Shown: one piece after another, positions 54,850 to 64,000 of the stretch
Layout of the letters: every line of letters starts with the position of its first letter
How positions within the stretch are numbered: position 1 is the first letter of the stretch
From: Octopus vulgaris
Lineage: Eukaryota
Direction: 5' to 3'
Length of the DNA: 64,000 nt
Assembly (NCBI GenBank): GCA_951406725.2
Contig: OX597819.1
Location: forward strand, 4,278,001 to 4,342,000
Program-made: the position numbers and the translations under genes
Notes under the pieces: generated by a model
Told to the model about the DNA's origin: nothing
Database searches by the model: none
What the model saw: the letters and a program-made list of their open reading frames with translations, nothing else

Positions 54850-57114
54850 AGCAATCTCTCATGTAAATAACTGATAATTCCTGAAATGCTTAGGCTTTTA
54901 AAGTTAGGAATACCGAAAGCCATCGTGCTGAAGCTTTTGCAAAGTTGGGTGAAAACAGTAACAAAAGCCGAATATATCTGAGATGAGGAGTAGTTAATAT
55001 ATGTTCGCTAAGTTTATAGCTTGACAATCATTGCCAAACAGTAAAGAACAGAAACACTACCACACGAGAAGGAAAATCTTAAATTTGAGACAGATTCAGT
55101 AATGATGGATAATGGAATTCCAGGTGTTCTGCGGTGTAATCAATATCAGGGTTAATCGGTGAGGGATAGATTCGAGTTCTCTCATTGGAGTTGTTGTTCT
55201 TTATGTCACAAATTGATATTTTCAGAGTATAATACTATTCACACTTAAATTCTAGTAGTTAATTAATGCTTTAATTTGTTCTTTTAGAACGCTACCGTTT
55301 TCACATCTGTTAGATGTTTAAACTAATAACTTACGATTTTACGAAGTTTGTTGCTGTTTACATAAATTATTGACCTTGTAAACAGAATTTAAGTTATAAA
55401 CTTTTGTACTTTGCTCCAAAGTTCCTTTTCGAAGCGATTAATATCACAGTTTTTTACATTTTGTTTTATATATTTTGTTTATTCAAGTGTTTCAGTAAAA
55501 AATGTTAACTACTGATGAAGTCATATTATTTATGGAGAAACTTAAAAGCTAGATTGACTGATGTTCAAGCCTTGTTTTTAATTCAATGTCTTTAATCTGC
55601 GGGATATATTTACCAATTACATGTCTCTCAGTAGAGCATTAAAACATCTATTTAAATATTTTAGCCCCATTTTTAGCTACATATCATGCACAACTGGGAA
55701 TTATAATGTTAAAGTGCCAACTTTACAGACATATCGCCAGCTGCAGAGCAGTTGGCAGTCAAAAACGAGTATTATATTACTTTATCTTTCACACAAACCC
55801 ATATTTCCTTGCTTTTATACACAATGCTTTGTATTAAATTGGGATGAATGTATTTTGAGATACTAATATCATTTTAGTTTTCTAATTCAGAAGACGAACA
55901 TTTGGGGGATGGGTAGTATACTGTATTCTACTTCTTAGCAGGTTTATAATGATGTTTATTTCCTTCAAGAACCTAGTTATATTTCCCCGTTCTAATTTCT
56001 TTATTACTGATACCAAACATGAAATTGGGAATTTCTCCCTTAAAAATATTTTGAGTATTATTTCTTGACAGATTATCTGTCGCTAAGCACTTTGCTTTCA
56101 ACGCCCTCCAGTTGATGCCGGGTGGTGCTGGACAATCTGAAAGTAATTTGGCGAAAGACAATACCATTAATGTTCTTATATGCTATCCAATTTATAATGG
56201 TGGGAATAGATAGTCCCTGAGAAGATATTAAATGCTCTTGGATTTCATCAGTCTGGTATCAACTGAGAAATTTTATACGTCAATTCAGTTCGTATACGAA
56301 TTCGACGTTTAAATCATTTTAGCTTATTCCATTTCTCTTTTTCTATTTAAATATTAAGTAAATAGAAATTGAAACTAACAACGAAATTAAGTCTTAATTA
56401 GTGATTAACAGTTTGATTAGTGCCGTAAAATTTAATGTCTTCCTTTTCATATTTCTATAGTCTTTGTTGCAAAGTCACCGACTCAGAGTATTCACTCATC
56501 CACGCTATGCTTATGTATGTGGCTTAAATTAATGAGAAAGTATATTTAGTTATTCAATCTGTTAGAAATTGCAGTTAAATCTCTCTCAAATCTCCCCCTA
56601 CTTACTTAAGTAGATTATGTAGAGCTTCATCTACAACGAGAGGAGATGCCCATGGCAACAGTCAGTCATCAGGGGTGGTTGGAGCTTAAACAGAACTGTG
56701 GGATTGATTGATTCTTGTTTCAGCTCATGAGCTGTGGCCATGCTGGGGCACCGCCATTTGGTGTTGCTACATGGTTTTACTTCACGAAAGCTTTTTAGCA
56801 AATGTCATTTGGTGCATGAGAGAGTTCGATGCAGCTGCCCTCATCTGCACCTCCTGCCGTGAAGTTGGTTCATCTGGGACACCCGACAGGAAGAGGTCCA
56901 GTTTCATTTTAAAGATGTACACATTGTCTTCGATGTTTGTAGATGATGCATCGACATCTCCCACATGTAGGATAAATATTTACTCCATGATGATAGATGT
57001 TGAACAGAAGAATAAGGAGGGATCGGAAATAATAAAAAAAACATCAACAGCAGCAATAAAAGGTGTTTCCGGTGACTGAATTACATATGCTTGCACTCTT
57101 ACTCTTTCTCCATG

Positions 57115-57170
<56 letters not shown>

Positions 57171-58450
57171 AATATATAGGTTTTTTTATTACCAAACTTA
57201 TACAATATCAGCAGTAATACAGTCATGGTGAAATAACAATTAAAATAATTGTAAAAGTAGATCTAGACGTATGCCATCTGTGAATGTGTGGTCATTCAAT
57301 TCTCCAGGTTCGATTAATTACCACATGGTGTTGGCTTTTTTGGTGTCCCTTAGAGCTATGGAAGAATATAAAATGAGTTAACTTAAAATATCATGCCCCA
57401 CAGTATTCAGTTTATCAAGAGTAACAATCAATGAAACAACACTATACATAATACTAACACCAAAGTTTATCACACACCTTGTCGAGGACGATGTATCCGA
57501 CTCATGTTTTCCATAGAAGAAATCTGACATCCAAAATACTCAAACAGCATACCACAGATTGGAAAATTCTAAGCTAAACTAAATAAACTAATTTTATAAT
57601 AAATATTTCGAGTAAAGAATGCAATAATAGTTTCAGATGAACAAATAAAGGAAAACAAAATCCAAGCAGGAGGAATAGTAATCAAAAATATCCATTTTTC
57701 ATTTTTTAAAAACGATTCCCACACTTTTTCATCGGTGTCAATGACAGATTGATGAATAAGTGAATTTCTCTTGGCTCCAAAAGCTTTATGTGTCTACAGC
57801 ATATAAAAAGGTCACATAAAGAAATAGTTCATCTCTTTGTATTTATCTTATCATCTACTCTGAATTCCTTCATTTGCTCAGTGACCAGAGTAGCAGGAAA
57901 AGTTAGGGATTGGAAGCAAATCAGGGAAAATAGAGGTAGGGATTATAAACAGTAATTGGGTAAGCCTCGAGTGGCTTACAATAAACTTACAATCAGTAAT
58001 TCTATGTAATGACAACCAGACAAGTAGGACAACATATCCAGGGTTGAAATAATCGACTCTGACATGACCGATCAAATGGTCACCCGCAGCCTTAACATCA
58101 CAAATTCAGGATGCTGTTTGCTGGACTGACTGGTAACTTGAACTTTGCCCTTTCACAATCGTAATTAACCGGTTTGAACTTGATAATATTAGTATATTCG
58201 GAAAGGTTAGGAACTGCATACTGTTCCCTTGGATATTGTTTAAAAAATATTTTTCCCTCACCCAAGCAATTCCTGAGATGAGTGGGAGCTGTCAATGACT
58301 TACTCAGTGAAACTGTTAGAGGTTTTTGGTTACTATTGTTGTTATGCATATTATTGCCGCTGTAGTAAGAACTGTTGTGGCACCTCCTGTTCTCTAAAAG
58401 AAACGTTTCTTGTTCTGTGAGCTTTTGATACATTATAATTTTTTAATTCT
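54850..58450 (-). pseudogene. Highly decayed Gypsy/Ty3 pol relic (RT-RNase H-integrase)
   Basis: In order on the minus strand: PDLLPIPNFS (57.9k), SFG..VIDT, VDASS (56.95k), DNLSR (56.07k), FVW..NC, GIPLSIITESVSNF (55.1k), FHP. Confidence 0.55.
56705..56912 (-). mobile_element. CR1-like LINE 3' end inserted in the Gypsy relic
   Basis: FKMKLDLFLSGVPDEPTSRQEVQMRAAASNSL; matches 24630-24835. Confidence 0.9.
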
Positions 58451-58627
58451 ACTTAGTTGGAAGGAAGTTATCCAGTTGTTGTTGTATCTTGAAATGTTGG
58501 TATGTTCTTAATAAGTTTTCTTTAGTTTGATTATTTCTTTTGATCTCTTCTTCCATTGTTATTGCTGTCTTGGATCCTGTTCTTCGTATATTTTCTTTGG
58601 TCCTGACGCAATATTTGGTTTGTTCTT

Positions 58628-58974
58628 GTATGCATGTATGTATGTATGTATGTGTATGTATGTATGTATGTATGTATGTATGTATGTATGTATGTATGTA
58701 TGTATGTATGTATGTGTATGTATGTATGTATGTGTATGTATGTATGTATGTATGTATGTATGTATGTATGTATGTATGTATATGTATATATGTATGTATG
58801 TATGTATGTATGTGTGTATGTATGTATGTGTGTGTATGTATGTGTGTGTGTATGTATGTATGTATGTATGTATGTATGTATGTATATATATTATGTATGT
58901 ATGTATGTATGTATGTATGTATGTATGTATGTACGTATGTGTGTGTATGTATGTATGTATGTATGCATGTATGT
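58628..58974. repeat. (TATG)n microsatellite
   Basis: Read directly; explains the MYVC ORFs. Confidence 0.95.
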
Positions 58975-59529
58975 CATTATTCAGTCTTATTTCAAGATTT
59001 CTTGTCAATAAAGAAAGAGCTGGTTTCTAACCTAGATCCCAGGCTCCGTCATTGGAATTTTAACAACAGAACCTTTTTGCGTGTTTCTGTGGTATATGTG
59101 CAGTATTTGGAGTCAGCGCATGCGCAGATTTGTATGTTTTGTTTTACTAATGCATTCTCACACATACAGTTAGTTGCATGTCTAGACACGCGCATATATG
59201 CTTCAATGATAAAATCCTGGAAAGCTGTACACATTTTTACAGTTCCAGTGGCAGATTGGATTTGCAGTCTTTGATTCAGTTTTCTTCTTCTGGTTTTGAG
59301 AAGCCTAATTTCTCAAGATTGGTACTTAGGCGGTGTATTACATATCCCAATGTCCCAATATTTGTGTATGTAAGTATATATGTATGTACGTATGTATAGA
59401 TGTGCATGTGTGCGTCAGAAAGGCAGAGAAAGCGTATTTGTGTGCGTGCGCACGTGTGGGATTCTTAGAAAACTCTGGAAACTATTTCTAGCAGTCGTTG
59501 GCCGAGAAACTAATTACTAACCGTCTCAA

Positions 59530-60605
59530 TGGTTCGATGTATAATAGGACAAATCCCTGGTTGCCATAACTGATCAATTGTTCTAAAAATACTATTTTTC
59601 CGCTTATGGAAGACTATATTCTGCACTCAGACATGCAGAAGTTGGTTAGTCTGGAATGCAGTTTGGCATCCCAAGAAAAATATTCTTTGTTTCATTATCA
59701 AGCATGCTTTAGTATATTGTTTCGCTACGTTTTTGTTGGGGTTCATCATCAGATCAACACTTAAGATGTCGATAATTGGTCAATGTCTTCCAGTCATATC
59801 CATCACATGTGCTTTTATATTTATCATATCTAGATTGGTTGTTTTTTTCTGGATTATTATGCAACCATGTAGACGTCCCCACTACCAACCACCTGGCTTC
59901 AATAAATGTATTTGTCGAAGTATAAATATTCCGCATTTTCGCTTCTGTGAAACTTGTGAAGTTACAGGTTCTTTTGATAAACACGACAGAGGAGAATATA
60001 ATAACTTTGATCGAAGATCAACAGTTCTGTCTTTCTGCATTTTTCATTGTTGGTGTGCAACGCAATACAATGCTTATGGCTAATAAAGATATTCATACTG
60101 CTACTATGTTGCTATTTTTTCTATATATGTAAGTTGTATGCTTTCCTGGGATGATTAAGTAAAATACATTTTCTAGAGTTGTACAAATATATTATAGATT
60201 TCACATGTCCGGATTGTCTATCGCATTGAATATTGTTTCGTTATTTTCGTGGATCATGGATAAGCTTCTGAAGATACGAATTACACTGTTCCGTATTATT
60301 TGTAGTTTGTTATGAAAAGAGGGGCTCATACAGGAATGTATAATCTACGATGAATCTAACTTATTTGTGTAGCTTCCTAATATATGGATTGAGATATTTA
60401 AATCAATTAGGTGAATGGCAGCAGACTCATGAAACGTGTGTTCATATAGATAAGATACAGCCTTTGTAAATCTGCTCCTGATACCGACAGCATATTAACT
60501 GTGCAGACAATTATTCTAGCCAACATAATATTCAACTTCCATTTATTCACAACTACAATAAAGAGGGTGAGCAGTAGTTCCGAAACATTCTGTGGTTCCT
60601 AAAGG
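59530..60605 (-). mobile_element. Decayed piggyBac-like element with left end
   Basis: TTAA-CCCTTT terminus at 60609-60600; broken LH.NNE, GRLH..NPEK and NQGFVL traces in transposase order. Confidence 0.45.
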
Positions 60606-62229
60606 GTTAATACATTTTCTTTATGGCAGTTGAAAAACTAACGTTAATGCCAACAACATGCCAGGAATATTTTCTTGAACACTTATTCCTCTCATTTCAA
60701 ACTGAGTTTGTTTAAGCCACAAATTTCGCAAAAGATATCTTTTTCGATACATTCATTTAATATCTGTTGCCTCTTGTTTCTCGCCTGAAAATGTCCGTAA
60801 TTACTAGGTTCTCCTTGTTATGTTTAAATTAAGAAATGATAATAGCCTTTCATATATCATTGTCATAAAAGTATGGAGCATGAGATAGTTTGGGCTAGAG
60901 ATTAAATAGACATTTTTATAACAATGTACGAATACTACTTTACTTTCACTCCTACTACCAACATATGTATGTTGGCGGTTTGGTATTAAAATAGCTGCAG
61001 ATTGATATTCAGTTTTATTGATGTCCACCTTTATCGAAAAGATATTTAATGTGTATGTTTGAAGACGTAAGCCATTGATATGAAACGTACTAATAATTAG
61101 CTATACTCATTTTGATATTATTTCGATAATATTCTGCCCTTCTCATCATTTTGACAAGCCACAACCTACGTACAACCAATAAGATGTCATTATGATATGG
61201 AGATATTGTGATATTATAAACCATTATAACGGAGTTGCTGGACTAATGCAATAATCTAATGATATTAACAATACAAAGAAGGCGGTAGAAAAGCAGTTAA
61301 ATAAGCCTTTTAGTAATTAGTTTCTCCATTATGTTGTCAGATCTCATCAGTCCAATTGGGCTGAAATTGATACCATCTACGATGCGTATGTGAGACTGTG
61401 TACCTTTATAAGAACATGATATTACCAAGCACTGGCAGTAACATAAAATATGCTATTGTCAAATTCTAGTGACATGGAAACATGGTTATATTTCGATATA
61501 CCAGTGTCACAAAATGTTGAAATTACAATATATCATAGCCAAATGCTGTTAATATGTTTATTATATATTATCAAACCAAAGAATATCGTAACATAATATG
61601 GCAGATGAAAGAATCCACAGAATTTCAGGAAGTATATGGCTGTATCTCATTGCTTTCTGAGTTAAAATCACTTATATGATCATTTTGCCTTTAATCAATC
61701 TGAAGCTGATAAATGTAATTATTACTTGATAAAATAAGTAATGAAGTCGTTATAATCGACAATAACGTAGAATGGGGTAACCTAACATGGCTTCATTTCA
61801 ATGAGCAAAACCAGTAAAATGATAACAGAAAACATCATAACATATTCATTTCATACCATAATTATATAGTTTGGTAGTATCACAGAATATCTATAAAATA
61901 ACATAACTATGAGCTCTTGTATCACACAAGAAAGAGTTCATAATCTCTAAATAAAAGGTATCAATTGTATTTGTGAACTTCGCCCAGGCATTTATATATC
62001 TGAACTACAGTCTCTTAGATAAGACTATCGAATATATTATTATCGAAGATATTACTATCTTTGCAGAGCAAAAGCGGTTTAACTGAAGTGTTTCGAACTA
62101 CAGCATGAATCCTTCAGAAAAACGTTCCGGTACAAACTCTGTTTTCGACAATAGTGGACTACATCCTGAGGTAAAAGGCTTGACCACACCCAAAGATTCA
62201 GCATCTAGCAGAAGCGATCAAAATGTCAG

Positions 62230-62690
62230 CAGAACTTGTGTCTCTCTGATCTCAACTCTGATAATGAGCTTTTTCACCTGAGCTAACTCATCATTTGTGT
62301 GATGTGCAAGACTTATTAACAACCTCTAATTGAAAAGTCGGTCTGTTTTTTGTCAATGCAAAGAAAACCCAATATATGCCCATCAGTGACAATGAAAGCT
62401 ACCCGCCAATTTGTTCCAACAATGGCACCCAACTCTTGGATGTCAGTGATTTCAAGTACCTTGCTCTTACATTGCTGACAGTAGAAAAGAAGTTCCGACA
62501 AGGGTCAACCCTGGAGTACCTGTAAGAAGCCTAAAAACTGTTGGCAATCATTTCAAAGTTAATAAGGTTAGCTTTCTTCGGGAAATGTTTGAAAAGAATT
62601 CTCTCCAAAGCTGAAACCTGGATTATGAACAAGGATCTTCAAAGTTTCCTTGTATAATATAGTACTAGATACAATGCACCTGAAAAAGGC
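62230..62690 (+). pseudogene. RTE/RTE-X LINE RT relic
   Basis: GL.VNAKKTQYM, DFKYL and AETWIM. Confidence 0.65.
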
Positions 62691-63114
62691 TATTAGTTAA
62701 GGTTTAAACACTTACTTCATAAGGATCCAAAACCTGTAATAGCTGGATTCCTTATTTAATTAATTGTGATTAACGTTTCAGGATCGTCTCTTTATCATTT
62801 TTGACCACAATTAGTAAATTAGAAAATAATGTTCCATCACAAATGTTATAATTTTCTTTAATTTAAATTCCTTGGCTTATATCAAGCATTCTAGTGACCA
62901 TTTTAGTATAAAGTATGTTTTAGATTTACTTGTAGTTATAAACCTGGTTCATAACTCACAGTGCAAACAAGACTCACGTCAAAAAGGCCTAACATTTTTC
63001 TCTTATACTGCAACTACAAAACTTCGTAGATAGTTGAAGACTAATTTTGGGCTGACTTTCTGTAAAACGAATTTCCATTTCATTCACTTTAACTAAATAT
63101 ATTTCAAGAATAAA

Positions 63115-63541
63115 GGTTTTTAATTTTGGCACAAGGCCAGTAATTTTGGGATGTGGGCAAGCTGATTACGTCAGCCCTAGTGTTCAATTAGTCCTTATTT
63201 TATCAAACTCGGAAGGATGAAAAGCAAAGTCGACCCCGGCGGAATTTGAACTCAGAACGTAAAGACGGACGAAATGCAGCCCGTCGTGCTAACTATTCTG
63301 CCAACTCACCGCCTTACATTTACTCGAAATATCATCTACATGCAAGGCTTCAATCTCGCAGAATCGTTAGCACGTCTAGCTTTTCGTCTATCTTTGTGTT
63401 CTGAGCTCAAACTCTGCCGAGGACGACTTGCCTTTCATCCTTTCAGAGCCAATGGAATAAGCACCAGTTAAGCACTGGGATCGATGCATTCGACTTAAAC
63501 CCCATCCCTGAAAATGCTGGCCTTGTGCCAACATTTGAAAT
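63115..63541. mobile_element. Two divergent SINE family M copies
   Basis: Minus copy 63115-63316 and plus copy 63355-63541. Confidence 0.8.
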
Positions 63542-63555
63542 TAGTATTATCGATA

Positions 63556-63960
63556 GGCGCAGGAGTGGCTGTGTGGTAAGTAGCTTGCTAACCAACCACA
63601 TTGTTTCGGGTTCAGTCCCACTGCGTGGCATCTTGGGCAAGTGTCTTCTGCTATAGCCTCGGGCCGACCAAAGCCTTGTGAATGGATTTGGTAGACGGAA
63701 ACTGAAAGAAGCCTGTCGTATATATGTATATATATATATATATATGTATATGTGTGTTTGTGTGTCTGTGTTTGTCCCCCTAGCATTGCTTGACAACCAA
63801 TGGTGGTGTGTTTACGTCCCTGTTACTTAACGGTTCGGCAAAAGAGACCGATAGAATAAGTACTGGGCTTACAAAGAATAAGTCCCGGGGTCGATTTGCT
63901 CGACTAAAGGCGGTGCTCCAGCATGGCCGCAGTCAAATGACTGAAACAAGTAAAAAAAAA
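63556..63960 (+). mobile_element. Full-length SINE family C
   Basis: Closely matches 52237-52641. Confidence 0.9.
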
Positions 63961-64000
63961 TGCATCTCCTCCAGCTATCTTTATACCTTTGTTGCATAGA

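Noticed and set aside
55505-55555. CTGATGA...GAAAC spacing (also 61320-61355 on the minus strand)
   Set aside because: Helices I-III do not close; probably chance.
59116-59125. GCGCATGCGC NRF1-like palindrome (also near 40340)
   Set aside because: Isolated short motif with no supporting promoter context.
59733-60083. Plus-strand ORF with GSFDKHD..YNAY resembling a piggyBac C-terminus
   Set aside because: Minus-strand traces plus the terminus fit better; the two readings cannot both hold, so the call is kept at low confidence.

Overview
This is AT-rich, repeat-dense animal genomic DNA. The SINE, LINE and microsatellite content resembles octopus (coleoid cephalopod) DNA, but that is an inference from repeat style only. 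I found no convincing host protein-coding gene, and most listed ORFs are microsatellite artefacts. The window is a mosaic of decayed mobile elements: L1/Tx1, CR1-like, R4/Dong, RTE, Penelope-like (PLE), Gypsy, mariner, piggyBac, hAT, Helitrons and several tRNA-derived SINE families. The main unexplained signal is a set of about 10 type I hammerhead ribozyme (HHR) motifs from about 6 unrelated sequence families, mostly embedded in (TA)n tracts and often in fold-back arrangements. The best candidate for an undescribed system is a 457-bp ORF-less, HHR-bearing unit at 21.5-23.1 kb. It occurs in tandem, in inverted orientation and in different circular permutations, and its ribozyme shows compensatory base changes, as expected for a retrozyme-like circular-RNA element. 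Coordinates of degenerate elements are approximate, read by eye.
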